The notes: generated by a model from the sequence alone, not told the origin. A stretch of DNA of 64,000 nucleotides from Clostridia bacterium (GCA_045545475.1 JAZQAZ010000010.1:96001-160000), one strand, 5' to 3'. Shown: positions 1 to 9,327, counted from the first letter of the stretch. Program-made: numbers and translations.

Positions 1-2
1 TT

Positions 3-215
3 AAGGAAATGACAAAATCTGCAAAAACAGAAAATAAAGGATTGCGTGACGGAACAAATATGGCGGTAATAAGAAATACGGCGATGCCGGCTGTGATTGT
101 GGAATGCGGATGCCTTACAAATGCAGAAGAACTTGAAAATCTAATGGATATAGATTTCTTATATAGTCTGGCAGAGGGAATAACAGAAGGAATACTTCTT
201 ACTTTGGAAAGCTGA
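3..215 (+). CDS. N-acetylmuramoyl-L-alanine amidase (Amidase_3), C-terminal part; 5' end outside window
   Basis: AVIRNTAMPAVIVECGCLTN resembles the Amidase_3 C-terminal motif (VLR...PAVLVE.GF.TN). Confidence 0.8.
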   Translation, partial: KEMTKSAKTENKGLRDGTNMAVIRNTAMPAVIVECGCLTNAEELENLMDIDFLYSLAEGITEGILLTLES

Positions 216-269
216 TTTTTCTTGACTAATTAAATAAGAGAAGGTATAATTACTATAGAGGTGATAGAT

Positions 270-1085
270 ATGTATAAAAAAATAACAGGTATTTTATTGG
301 CATTGGTTATTATTTTTACCACTTGTTTTGCAACAACATTTTCGGATATGCCGGAAGAAAGCTATTGGTCCTACGAAGCACTTAATTCTGCTGTTACAGA
401 TGGCCTTTTAAACGGATCTGACGGTAAAATTTATCCTAAAAACAACTTGACAAGGGCAGAAATGGCAACAATACTCGTAAGAGCATATAAGCTTACAGAA
501 AAGGCTGATATATCAGAATATACAGATGTGGCAACCGATGCCTGGTATTATGAATATATGCAAAAAGCATGTGCAAAAGGTCTTTTTAAGGGAGACGGCA
601 CAAATAAATTGAATCCCGATAATTACATTACCCGTCAGGAAGTATTTGTTGTTTTATCCCGTGCACTTAATCTGACAGGCGGAAAAGTAAGTGTTCTTGA
701 TGCTTTTTCAGATAAGGATTTGATTGCATCATGGGCACTTGATGCAACTGCATCTATGGTTGAATCAGGATACATAAAAGGGTCGGGAGATAGGATAAAT
801 CCCACAAACAATATATCAAGAGAAGAATTTGCACAGATTATGTATAATCTTAAGAAAGCAGGACTTTTCGAGGAAAAGAAGGAAGAAACTAAAGCAGAGG
901 ATAAAAAGGAAGAAAATAAAGAAGAGACTTCTTCCGGCGGCAATTCAACCGGAGGTTCTTCAAAACCTTCTGGTGGCTCTTCAAAGCCTTCAGGCGGTTC
1001 TTCTTCGGGAGACAAGGACAATGACGAGCCTACAATATCACCGATTCCAGGAATTGACGAAAATGTTGATATGTCGGACGATTAA
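270..1085 (+). CDS. Secreted S-layer homology (SLH) domain protein with low-complexity Ser/Gly/Pro tail
   Basis: Signal peptide; three SLH motifs (LTRAEMA, ITRQEV, ISREEFA); GGSSKPS repeats. Confidence 0.85.
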   Translation: MYKKITGILLALVIIFTTCFATTFSDMPEESYWSYEALNSAVTDGLLNGSDGKIYPKNNLTRAEMATILVRAYKLTEKADISEYTDVATDAWYYEYMQKACAKGLFKGDGTNKLNPDNYITRQEVFVVLSRALNLTGGKVSVLDAFSDKDLIASWALDATASMVESGYIKGSGDRINPTNNISREEFAQIMYNLKKAGLFEEKKEETKAEDKKEENKEETSSGGNSTGGSSKPSGGSSKPSGGSSSGDKDNDEPTISPIPGIDENVDMSDD

Positions 1086-1091
1086 AATGAT

Positions 1092-1122
1092 AAAAAACGA
1101 AGCCTTGATGGCTTCGTTTTTT
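1092..1122 (+). terminator. Intrinsic terminator
   Basis: AAAAAACGAAGCC-ttgat-GGCTTCGTTTTTT just after the stop codon. Confidence 0.85.
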
Positions 1123-1240
1123 AGTGGAAATTTTTTATAAAAACGGTTGATTTTTGTATCTTTTTGTGTTATTATCTTTAAGGCTTTGAAAAAGCAAATA
1201 TTTGTAAACCGTATTAGGATAAAATAAAGGGGATAATTTA

Positions 1241-2536
1241 ATGAACACAACATTGTTGTCTGTATCAATAGCACTTCTTGCAGGTCTTTTGATGACAAGA
1301 TTAATGAAAAAGCTAAAGCTTCCGGCAGTAACAGCTTACCTTATCGCAGGTATCCTCGTGGGACCGTATGTTTTAGGCAGATGCGGTATTCCCGGACTTG
1401 GATTTAAGTCCATGGAAGAAATGGAAGGACTTGCCATAATATCGGATGTTGCACTGGGTTTTATTGCTTTTGCAATAGGAAACGAATTCAGAACTGAAGA
1501 TCTTAAGAAAACAGGAAGACAGGCTCTTATAATAGGTATTTTCCAGGCTCTTGTTGCCACACTTTTTGTTGATCTTGCACTGTACGGAATGCATCTTTTG
1601 ATGCCCGAGAAGCTTACAATGCCACAGGTAATTACTTTGGGTGCAATAGCAACTGCGACTGCTCCTGCTGCAACGCTTATGGTTGTAAGACAGTATAAGG
1701 CGAAAGGTCCGTTGACAAGTCTGCTTCTTCCGATTGTTGCATTGGATGATGCCGTTGGTTTAATCGTATTTGCCGTATCCTTTGGAATTGCAAAAACTCT
1801 TAAATCGGGACAGATGGATTTTGTTTCCATTTTAATAAATCCCATTATTGAAATAATTGCATCATTAATTCTCGGTGCGATTATGGGATGGATATTAACA
1901 CAGCTTGAAAAGCTCTTTAACTCCAACACAAACCGTCTTAACCTTACAATCGGAGCTGTGCTTCTTACAGCATCGCTTTCTATGATTAAGTTTGAAATAG
2001 GTCCTGTACATATCGGATTTTCTTCGCTTTTGGTATGCATGATGCTTGGAACGGTGTTCTGTAATATCTGTTCACTTTCCCACGACCTTATGGCGGCATC
2101 TGACAAATGGACGAGTCCGCTTTTCGCACTCTTCTTTGTAATAAGCGGAGCGGAGCTTGAATTGGGTGTATTTACAGATTGGGCAATTGTGGTTATAGGT
2201 GCTGTTTACATCATTTTCCGTTCTCTCGGAAAGTATATTGGTTCCTTTGCAAGTGCGAAGGCTACAAAATGTTCACCTGAAATCTGTAAGTATCTGGGTA
2301 TTACACTTCTTCCGCAGGCAGGTGTTGCCCTTGGTATGTGTACAACCGCAATGTCACTTGGTGCAGAGGGAGCACTTATACGCAATATTACACTTTTCGC
2401 AGTTTTGATATATGAATTATTTGGCCCCTTATTCACAAGAATGGCTCTTACTGCTGCAGGCGACATCAAGCCTATGAGCGATGAGGTTAAACATCGTCGT
2501 AAGATGAAGCTTGAAGCTGTAGGAAAAACTAAATAA
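1241..2536 (+). CDS. Cation:proton antiporter (Na+/H+ exchanger family)
   Basis: Multiple TM helices; ATATAPAAT and ALDDA motifs; LLPQAGVALG. Confidence 0.85.
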   Translation: MNTTLLSVSIALLAGLLMTRLMKKLKLPAVTAYLIAGILVGPYVLGRCGIPGLGFKSMEEMEGLAIISDVALGFIAFAIGNEFRTEDLKKTGRQALIIGIFQALVATLFVDLALYGMHLLMPEKLTMPQVITLGAIATATAPAATLMVVRQYKAKGPLTSLLLPIVALDDAVGLIVFAVSFGIAKTLKSGQMDFVSILINPIIEIIASLILGAIMGWILTQLEKLFNSNTNRLNLTIGAVLLTASLSMIKFEIGPVHIGFSSLLVCMMLGTVFCNICSLSHDLMAASDKWTSPLFALFFVISGAELELGVFTDWAIVVIGAVYIIFRSLGKYIGSFASAKATKCSPEICKYLGITLLPQAGVALGMCTTAMSLGAEGALIRNITLFAVLIYELFGPLFTRMALTAAGDIKPMSDEVKHRRKMKLEAVGKTK

Positions 2537-2694
2537 TTAAGAGGGATATTTCCGCTTCTTGCAGAAATATCCCTTTACTTTTTTTGCCAAAGGCAGTATA
2601 ATGAATTTAAGAAGTCAATCCTGAGATTTGTCGGTTCTGATTTTTAATAGAAAAACATATACTGTAAATTTAATGAAAGATGAAGGAGAATGGT

Positions 2695-3192
2695 ATGAAA
2701 ACTTTAATTGTTGTCGATATGCAGAACGATTTTATAACAGGTAGTCTGGGAAGCGAAGATGCGAAAAGAATCGTTCCTTATGTGAAAGAAAAGGTAGAAT
2801 GTTTTGAGGGAAGAGTAATCTTTACAATGGACACTCACGATAAGAACTATCTTAATACCCAGGAAGGTAAAAAACTTCCGGTGGAGCATTGCGTGTGGGG
2901 GACAGACGGCTGGCATATATGCGATGAACTTGCTCCTTATGTTCGTGAAACATTTGAAAAAAAGACCTTTGGCAGCATGAAGCTTCCTTATGCAATTGAT
3001 GCCGCAAATGAGGAAATTGAGCTTTGCGGGCTGTGCACCGATATATGCGTAATATCCAATGCAATGATATTAAAAGCGGCACTTCCGGAAATGCGAATTG
3101 TTGTAGATTCAAAAGGCTGTGCAGGTGTTACCAAGGAAAGTCACGAAATTGCACTTAATGCAATGCGTGCGGTGCAGATAGAGGTTATATAA
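2695..3192 (+). CDS. Isochorismatase-family cysteine hydrolase (nicotinamidase-like)
   Basis: LIVVDMQNDF, DTH, HC, KKTFGS, GLCTDICV catalytic motifs. Confidence 0.85.
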   Translation: MKTLIVVDMQNDFITGSLGSEDAKRIVPYVKEKVECFEGRVIFTMDTHDKNYLNTQEGKKLPVEHCVWGTDGWHICDELAPYVRETFEKKTFGSMKLPYAIDAANEEIELCGLCTDICVISNAMILKAALPEMRIVVDSKGCAGVTKESHEIALNAMRAVQIEVI

Positions 3193-3224
3193 AAAGAACT
3201 TCAGGCATTGCCTGAAGTTCTTTT
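3191..3224. terminator. Bidirectional intrinsic terminator
   Basis: AAAAGAACTTCAGGC...GCCTGAAGTTCTTTT between convergent genes. Confidence 0.85.
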
Positions 3225-3744
3225 AAAATTTCCTTAAGTATTCGCTTTTTAATATGCTTTCAATTTCTTCCGGTGTTTCTTTGCAGCCGGAGTTAATCCA
3301 TTTTCTTAAAATGGCGTTTAATCCGCTTTTGAAAAACTCTATATGATAATCTATAAATTCCGAATTGAAGAATTTTTCGGCACTTTCCTTGTCATAGCCG
3401 ATGATGGCGTCGCTGTCTGTGGAAAGCTTCATATAGGTTTTATAAAAAAGCTGGTTATCACGAATGTGATGAAATAGTTTTAGGAAGTTATAAGAACTGC
3501 TTTTCTGTGCAACCTCCTCACTGTAAAGGGATAAAAATTCTTTTTCCAGACGATCCTTGACTTTATCACGCAGGTCATAAATATCTAAATAATTGGCGTA
3601 AAATGTACTGCGGTTAAGTCCTGCACCGGTACAAATATCAGATACGGAAATTTTTGAAATTTCCTTTTCCTGAAGCAACGAAATGAAAATCTTTTCAATT
3701 TTTTCAATGCTTTCACGTTTTCTTTTATTGTTCTTTGTGTTCAT
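3223..3744 (-). CDS. TetR/AcrR family transcriptional regulator
   Basis: N-terminal ISVSDICTGAGLNRSTFYANY HTH. Confidence 0.9.
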   Translation of the reverse strand: MNTKNNKRKRESIEKIEKIFISLLQEKEISKISVSDICTGAGLNRSTFYANYLDIYDLRDKVKDRLEKEFLSLYSEEVAQKSSSYNFLKLFHHIRDNQLFYKTYMKLSTDSDAIIGYDKESAEKFFNSEFIDYHIEFFKSGLNAILRKWINSGCKETPEEIESILKSEYLRKF

Positions 3745-3860
3745 AAATCCTCCATTAAACCAACAACTGTCTGAAAATTGATGATTGTAATTTTAATTTT
3801 AGTACATTATACTATAAATGTATTAAATATACAAGTGTTGTTTTAATGGAGGTTTTATTT

Positions 3861-4229
3861 ATGAAAAAAAGCAGTTTTATTGCCCTTATAATGGGCACGG
3901 TGAGCGGATGTATGTTTGCACTTGGTATGTGTATGGCACTTCTACCCGAATGGAATGCTTTTGTTCCAGGAATAATTTTGGGAGTTGCCGGCATAATTTT
4001 AGGGTTTGTCACCGTCCTTATATGGCACAAAATGGAAAACAAAACACCCATCAAGATAGGAGAAAAAACGGTTGGAGCAATTCTTATTTCTCTTTTCGGG
4101 GCATTACTTTTAGGTGTTGGTATGTGTTTTTGCCTTGTGTGGAATAATATAATTTTAGGAACCGTAATCGGAATGTTTGGCATAATAACATTGCTGTTCT
4201 TAATACCTTTCATAAAAGGGTTGAAGTGA
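3861..4229 (+). CDS. Small integral membrane protein (about 4 TM), divergent from TetR
   Basis: Hydrophobic segments, internal repeat GMCM/GMCF; GGAGG RBS. Confidence 0.7.
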   Translation: MKKSSFIALIMGTVSGCMFALGMCMALLPEWNAFVPGIILGVAGIILGFVTVLIWHKMENKTPIKIGEKTVGAILISLFGALLLGVGMCFCLVWNNIILGTVIGMFGIITLLFLIPFIKGLK

Positions 4230-4230
4230 T

Positions 4231-4842
4231 TTGAAAAAGGATTATAAGAGGGAAAGAGTAATTTCCTTTGCAACCGCAAGCCTTATTATAAATATGACAT
4301 ACGCCGTTGGAAATTTTCTTCTGGGTCTGCTTCAGAAATCATTTTGGTTTATGACCTCGGGAACATATTATATGGTGCTTGGAGTAATGCGGTTTGCGGC
4401 AGTTTTATTTTATAAGAGGCATAAAGGAAGCGACAAAGATGAGCTTTTCGTACAAAGGTTTTCGGGAGTAATGCTGGTTTTCTTAAGCGTTGTACTTTCA
4501 TGCTCGGTATACTTAAGCGTAAAGCTTGATGTGGCACGCAAGATTCATGAAATTGCCATGATAACAATTGCTCTTTATGCATTTACAAAGATGACTCTTG
4601 CCATAATCAGAACGATAAAGGTGAAAAAGGCAGAGTCTCCACTGCTCACTTCGCTCAGGTGTATAAGCCTGGCGGATGCTGCAGTATCAATTTTTTCCCT
4701 GCAAAGATCGATGTTGGTTTCTTTTGAAGGGATGACAGCGGGGAAAATAACGCTTATGAACAGCCTTACAGGAGTAGGAGTATGCTTAGCGGTTTTGGCT
4801 TTGGGAATAATATTAATAAAAAGAAAAGGAGAACAAAAATGA
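4231..4842 (+). CDS. Integral membrane protein, unknown function
   Basis: About 6 hydrophobic helices; operon-like spacing. Confidence 0.7.
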   Translation: MKKDYKRERVISFATASLIINMTYAVGNFLLGLLQKSFWFMTSGTYYMVLGVMRFAAVLFYKRHKGSDKDELFVQRFSGVMLVFLSVVLSCSVYLSVKLDVARKIHEIAMITIALYAFTKMTLAIIRTIKVKKAESPLLTSLRCISLADAAVSIFSLQRSMLVSFEGMTAGKITLMNSLTGVGVCLAVLALGIILIKRKGEQK

Positions 4843-5060
4843 GTAAATTACCCATAAAGAATGCAAATGAAAAAATTGCGGAAAAAGTAGTGGAAGGGTA
4901 TAAAAAGATAGAAGAAGGCGTTGTTGGAGGTTATAAAAAAATCGAAAACGGCGTTGTGGTAGGTTACACGAAGATAGAGGATAAATTCGTGGATACGTTT
5001 TTAACCAAAGACGGTGAAACTGTAGAGGAAGCCAAGGAACGCCTTAAAAAGACAAAATGA
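4839..5060 (+). CDS. Small hypothetical protein with VVxGYKKIE repeats
   Basis: AAGGAG RBS, ATGA overlap; three 11-aa repeats. Confidence 0.75.
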   Translation: MSKLPIKNANEKIAEKVVEGYKKIEEGVVGGYKKIENGVVVGYTKIEDKFVDTFLTKDGETVEEAKERLKKTK

Positions 5061-5084
5061 AAAGCACCCTGAAGGATGCTTTTT
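5060..5084. terminator. Bidirectional intrinsic terminator (also the terminator of the original minus-strand tRNA)
   Basis: AAAAGCAcCC-tgaa-GGaTGCTTTTT. Confidence 0.7.
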
Positions 5085-5088
5085 ATTT

Positions 5089-5252
5089 TGGCGGAGCAAA
5101 TGCTTTAATATCCGAACTTTCTCCATTAGGACTTCCGGGGTCCCCGAAAAGCCGCTGGCTTTGTGGGGAAAAGGAAGAGCAAGGGAGTGGGCGGATATTT
5201 TCGCCGTATGGCGAAAACGGAGTTAAACGCACTTTGCTCTGACGTGGCGGAG
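5089..5252. mobile_element. ~156-bp miniature element at the tRNA 3' end
   Basis: TGGCGGAG (tRNA 3' end) duplicated at 5089 and 5245; imperfect IR CGGAGCAAA/TTTGCTCTG. Confidence 0.5.
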
Positions 5253-5302
5253 ACGGAGGGATTCGAACCCTCGTGTCCGGAAGGGCAAACGCATTTCGAG
5301 TG
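5245..5302 (-). pseudogene. 3' half of host tRNA-Ser(CGA) (left junction of element)
   Basis: Minus strand reads CACTCGAAATGCG-variable arm-GAGGGTTCGAATCCCTC-CGTCTCCGCCA; tRNA similarity stops at the anticodon. Confidence 0.85.
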
Positions 5303-5463
5303 ATTTTGGTCTAAAAAACTCTGTCGAAATTTAAGGTAAGATAACGGAATATAAAAGAGTGTGAAAACCCCTGTATTTACGCGGTTTTCACGCTTTTTTT
5401 GTTTCAAAATACCGAAAAATCAAGGGAAACATTAGAACCCAATTTTGAGCAAAATTTTGCACG

Positions 5464-5486
5464 TTTTTGGGAACTTTTTGGGAACT
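5464..5486 (+). repeat. Tandem TTTGGGAACT, putative integrase arm-type sites (left)
   Basis: TTTTTGGGAACTTTTTGGGAACT; same tandem at 30460-30483. Confidence 0.6.
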
Positions 5487-5528
5487 CGCACCTGCTATTA
5501 AATCTAAAAAAGAAGATGGTGGAACTTA

Positions 5529-6032
5529 ATGATAGTTAAATCAAACGACTATGTTTCAAAGGAGCAATTTTACAAATTATGTCACATTTCAAAAAAGACG
5601 GCATACAAGCTTATAAAGTCTGGCAGGATTAAAGCAATAAAACAGAATTGCGGTTCACTTCACTGTTATGAGATACCGATAAGCGAAATTGAACGGCTTG
5701 AAAGTGTAAGGTGTTATCTCAACAAATTGCGGGAAGAAGAAATCAGCAAGGTAAAAGAATACTATTCCGAAAAGCTTCAGAGTTATCCCGATGTTATTAC
5801 TTCGGAGGACGTTCAAGCAATAACAGGATATGTAAAAGAGACTGTCCGTAGATGGATTCAAGGCGGAAAACTCATTGCAATAGTTTATAAAAGTAAATAT
5901 GTCATAGCAAAAAATGATTTTTTGGATTTTGTTACAAGTCCCTCTTATGTGGGGATAACAAGAAAATCGCAGGTGCATCTTTCGGATTTTATTGAACTTG
6001 GAATTGTTGACAAAGGAGGTCAAAGATTATGA
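5529..6032 (+). CDS. Tandem HTH_17/excisionase-like DNA-binding protein
   Basis: Two MerR-like wHTH units; C-terminal unit (SYPDVIT...YVIAKNDFLDFV) resembles 28630-28839. Confidence 0.7.
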   Translation: MIVKSNDYVSKEQFYKLCHISKKTAYKLIKSGRIKAIKQNCGSLHCYEIPISEIERLESVRCYLNKLREEEISKVKEYYSEKLQSYPDVITSEDVQAITGYVKETVRRWIQGGKLIAIVYKSKYVIAKNDFLDFVTSPSYVGITRKSQVHLSDFIELGIVDKGGQRL

Positions 6033-6373
6033 GAAAAATATTTGTAACACCTAATGTGAAAATCTATATGGAGCAGGCAGACGATAAAACAAGAACGAAA
6101 ATAAATTCTGTGCTTTTGTATTTAACCGATGATAAAAATCCCCTGCGTGAGCCGTATGTCAAGCATATTGCAATGTCAAAGTATAAGGAGTTGTACGAAT
6201 TGCGGGTAAAAGCATCAAAAGAAATGTCAAGGCTCGTCTTTACCCTCTCGGGAGATGATATCGTGCTTCTCTATGCTTTCAAAAAGAAGTGCGGCAGGGA
6301 TAATGAAAAGGCTTTTGAACGGGCTTTTAGGATGAGCAAATTGAGTGAAGAACTTACGGAGGTATGTATATGA
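6029..6373 (+). CDS. RelE/ParE-superfamily (HigB/Gp49-like) toxin homolog
   Basis: LREPYVKHI...LYELRVK...IVLLYAFKKK pattern. Confidence 0.7.
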   Translation: MRKIFVTPNVKIYMEQADDKTRTKINSVLLYLTDDKNPLREPYVKHIAMSKYKELYELRVKASKEMSRLVFTLSGDDIVLLYAFKKKCGRDNEKAFERAFRMSKLSEELTEVCI

Positions 6374-7419
6374 GGAAATCATCATTTTTAATTGGAATGC
6401 TTTGCGGTAGCTTGTTGTTTAGCGGAGTTACGGTGTTTGCAAATTCAGAGATAGTTGCGAAACTTACGTCACAAATTTTCTTTTGGAATAACGAACAGAT
6501 TGAGCTTGAGGCATACAACATCAACGGAGCGAACTATATAAAGCTTCGTGATGCAGCAGAGTTGTTCGGCGTAAAGGTGGAATATTACGAAGACACGAAT
6601 ACCGTCTATTTGGGAGAACCAAGAAAAGAAAACACTTCAAAAACAATAATTGACGGAAACTCTTACGCAAAGGAAAATTATTCGGAAAAAGCAAATCCCG
6701 AGATATTCAACGAAATTTACACAAGGGATGCGTATAATGCAATCAGGCAGTCTATAGTTGATATTGCAGAAGTAACTAAAAATACGGATGATAACGGTTA
6801 TAATGCGAACTATGAGTATGCTCACTTTGTTGATGTGACATCTAAAGGAACGGAAAAAACGATAGAAGCAATGAAATCTGTTACGGCGACAATGTTCGGG
6901 TATTATAATTTCAGTTTAGGTTATGAGCCGACAATATCGAATTTGTACGAATATCCGGGCTACCGAATTTGTAAAGTGCAGATACATAAACACTTTGAGC
7001 CTGCAAACAACGCAACGGATACCTTCATTGCGGAGATTAAAAACTTGCCCGACACAGAAAAAGTAAAACGGATCGCCGATTACATTTGCGACAGAGTTGT
7101 ATATAAAGATGATAACGTTGCAGGAATCAACAGAGTATTCACTGAAACACCGCCCACAAACGGACTTTGCGGTACTTATGCAAACGCTTTCGTTTATCTG
7201 TGTCAAAGAACAAAAATTCCCTGCATAAGCGTTAAGGATGATGTTCATGCGTGGAACGAGGTCTATATTGACGGGAAGTGGTATACAGCAGATATAAGCT
7301 ATTACGATATGTCGAGAAACGATAAAATATTGTTTCAGGAAACATATATCAGAACAGATATAGATCCGCAAAAAACAAACTTTGCAAAAGAATTGCTTGT
7401 TCCGGGGAGTACGGAATAA
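6370..7419 (+). CDS. Secreted transglutaminase-like domain protein with N-terminal stalk-like domain
   Basis: Signal peptide; YIKLRD; Cys-His-Asp triad GLCGTYA/HAWNEV/TADIS. Confidence 0.75.
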   Translation: MRKSSFLIGMLCGSLLFSGVTVFANSEIVAKLTSQIFFWNNEQIELEAYNINGANYIKLRDAAELFGVKVEYYEDTNTVYLGEPRKENTSKTIIDGNSYAKENYSEKANPEIFNEIYTRDAYNAIRQSIVDIAEVTKNTDDNGYNANYEYAHFVDVTSKGTEKTIEAMKSVTATMFGYYNFSLGYEPTISNLYEYPGYRICKVQIHKHFEPANNATDTFIAEIKNLPDTEKVKRIADYICDRVVYKDDNVAGINRVFTETPPTNGLCGTYANAFVYLCQRTKIPCISVKDDVHAWNEVYIDGKWYTADISYYDMSRNDKILFQETYIRTDIDPQKTNFAKELLVPGSTE

Positions 7420-7514
7420 TAGGCTGATTGTGTGTAGAAAAGTGTGATGTTTATTACGCAACACAAGAATAATATGTGGTTTTCACGCAACAAACAGCTT
7501 GTATCGTAAAGAAT

Positions 7515-7566
7515 AAAGAGTCAATCATTGGTATGAAGGTGCTTTTGATTGACTCTTTGTTTTTTT
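7515..7566 (+). terminator. Intrinsic terminator
   Basis: AAAGAGTCAATCA...TGATTGACTCTTT followed by a T run. Confidence 0.65.
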
Positions 7567-7592
7567 AAGAAATAAGGAGAGATATGCTTAAG

Positions 7593-7710
7593 AACTTCCA
7601 TTTCGGCATGTCTTGAATTTGTGTTTTAATCACAAAAAGTCGGTGTTTCCTTGTGTTTCACTCATAAACAGTTATTTTCTTGATATTAAGAACTGCCAAA
7701 ATGGCATATC
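7593..7710 (+). repeat. 118-bp imperfect direct repeat, copy A
   Basis: AACTTCCATTTCGGCATgTCTTGAATT ... CTGCCAAAATGGCATATC; same length and end motifs as 9828-9945. Confidence 0.8.
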
Positions 7711-7746
7711 TAAAATTAACTATCCAAAAAGGATAGTACATACCAC

Positions 7747-7775
7747 TTGAATTCTTTATTCGTTTGTGGTACAAT
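7747..7775 (+). promoter_or_regulatory. Sigma-A promoter of the RNase III gene
   Basis: TTGAAT-17 bp-(TG)TACAAT, extended -10. Confidence 0.65.
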
Positions 7776-7985
7776 ATCAATGTAAGAAGGTGGCACTGAT
7801 TTATAAAAGGTTTGACATAAAATAAGTTTATTTGTCTTGAATTATGTAAGTGATTCTTTACAAATAAGAGTGGTTTATGTAATACAGTTTATTCTTCGGT
7901 GCCCGAATGAGGCGCACGTGATACGTGGGCTTTATCGGGTTATATTTATGCCTTCTTGTAGAAAACTATAAGGAGGTTGTTTTTT

Positions 7986-8972
7986 ATGAACAACGAAACA
8001 TTGTTGGAAATTGCAACACAACTGGAATACGATTTTGACGATATTCGCATTCTGCGTCAAGCATTTACAAGAAAGTCTTATTCTGAGGAACATAACGGAG
8101 AGCATCACAATGAGGTGCTAGAATTTTATGGTGACAAAGCACTAGAATTTGTCGTTATGAAAAAACTGTCCGAGTTTTACGGAAATACAACGCAAAATGG
8201 CAAGTATGCTTCCGAAAAGGCGGAAGGACAACTTACCGAAATGAAAAAGAAACTTATATGTAAGAAGATGCTCGCACATCGAATTGATATGTTTGGTTTT
8301 ACAGAACATATTTTAATGGGTAACGGTGATGTCGGTCAAAAAGTTCAAAATCAGGATTCTGTCAAAGAAGATCTCTTCGAGGCGATAGTAGGTGCAGTGG
8401 CTATTGACAGCGACTGGGATGTGGATGCACTTGAAGATGTCGTTGGCAGAATGCTTGACATAGAGTATTATCTTGAAAAAGGCTTCAACGATGATGAAAA
8501 CTATGTAGATTTAATACAAACATGGTGTCAAAAAAGATACGGTTGGATTCCTGAATATGATTTTGTGGAAATAGAAGAAGATTATGAGTGCTCACTAACG
8601 CTGTCAGACGATTATGATGATTTTATCGGTTGCGGATATTCAAAACGAGAAGCAAGAATGAATGCGGCTCAAAAAGCTTATGAATATTTAGAAGAAAATG
8701 ATGAGCTGCTTCTACCTGTTGACGAGGTAGGTGAACCGGATATTGAACGCGCAATCAATCAATTGCAGGAGCTTTACCAAAAAGGTTATATTGATGAGCC
8801 ATATTATGAGTTTTACGAAGAATACGACAACAACGGTAATCCTATATGGAGATGTGAATGCCATATAAAAGGTGCCGAAGAGTATTATTGGATAAACTCA
8901 TCTTCGAAGAAAAACGGAAAAAAGCGTGTTGCCTACGATATGCTTTGTGATGTCCTTGAGTGGGGTGACTGA
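7986..8972 (+). CDS. Ribonuclease III-family protein with two dsRNA-binding domains
   Basis: AFTRKSY...NEVLEFYGD...EDLFEAIVGAVAIDS RNase III signature; two dsRBD-like units (GYSKREARMNAA; SSSKKNGKKRVA). Confidence 0.85.
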   Translation: MNNETLLEIATQLEYDFDDIRILRQAFTRKSYSEEHNGEHHNEVLEFYGDKALEFVVMKKLSEFYGNTTQNGKYASEKAEGQLTEMKKKLICKKMLAHRIDMFGFTEHILMGNGDVGQKVQNQDSVKEDLFEAIVGAVAIDSDWDVDALEDVVGRMLDIEYYLEKGFNDDENYVDLIQTWCQKRYGWIPEYDFVEIEEDYECSLTLSDDYDDFIGCGYSKREARMNAAQKAYEYLEENDELLLPVDEVGEPDIERAINQLQELYQKGYIDEPYYEFYEEYDNNGNPIWRCECHIKGAEEYYWINSSSKKNGKKRVAYDMLCDVLEWGD

Positions 8973-8975
8973 GAT

Positions 8976-9173
8976 ATGAAACTTCGAGAACTCAGAGAGA
9001 AAAAAGGTGTAACACAAAAAGATGTGGCAACCGCTGTTGGGTGTACCGCCACCGTCTATTCGAGATATGAACGTGGGGAACGAGAACCGGATATTTCAAC
9101 ACTTTGCAGTCTTGCTGATTATTTTGAAGTAAGCATAGATAAATTGATTGGTTATATAAACAAACATAAATAA
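8976..9173 (+). CDS. XRE-family HTH regulator
   Basis: LRELREKKGVTQKDVA...YSRYERGEREPD. Confidence 0.9.
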   Translation: MKLRELREKKGVTQKDVATAVGCTATVYSRYERGEREPDISTLCSLADYFEVSIDKLIGYINKHK

Positions 9174-9181
9174 TAGCTATT

Positions 9182-9214
9182 AAAGTCGGTGATTTGTAAA
9201 TCATCGGCTTTTTT
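9182..9214 (+). terminator. Intrinsic terminator
   Basis: AAAGTCGGTGATTT-gt-AAATCATCGGCTTTTTT (G-U pairs). Confidence 0.75.
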
Positions 9215-9327
9215 ATTGCTTGTGCGTTGTAATAAGATAAATCATAGCATTGTTAACTTAATTTGTTAAGTTAATAAATTAACTTTTCAATGAAACGTTG
9301 CATATTTCTGTATAGAATATGAGCATT

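Noticed and set aside
935-1008. Short tandem repeats in the SLH gene tail (also the Thr/Pro repeat near 39870-39930)
   Set aside because: Ordinary low-complexity protein linkers
5057-5407. ORFs 5057-5242 (+) and 5126-5407 (-)
   Set aside because: They overlap a terminator, the miniature element and the tRNA half; no protein-like features
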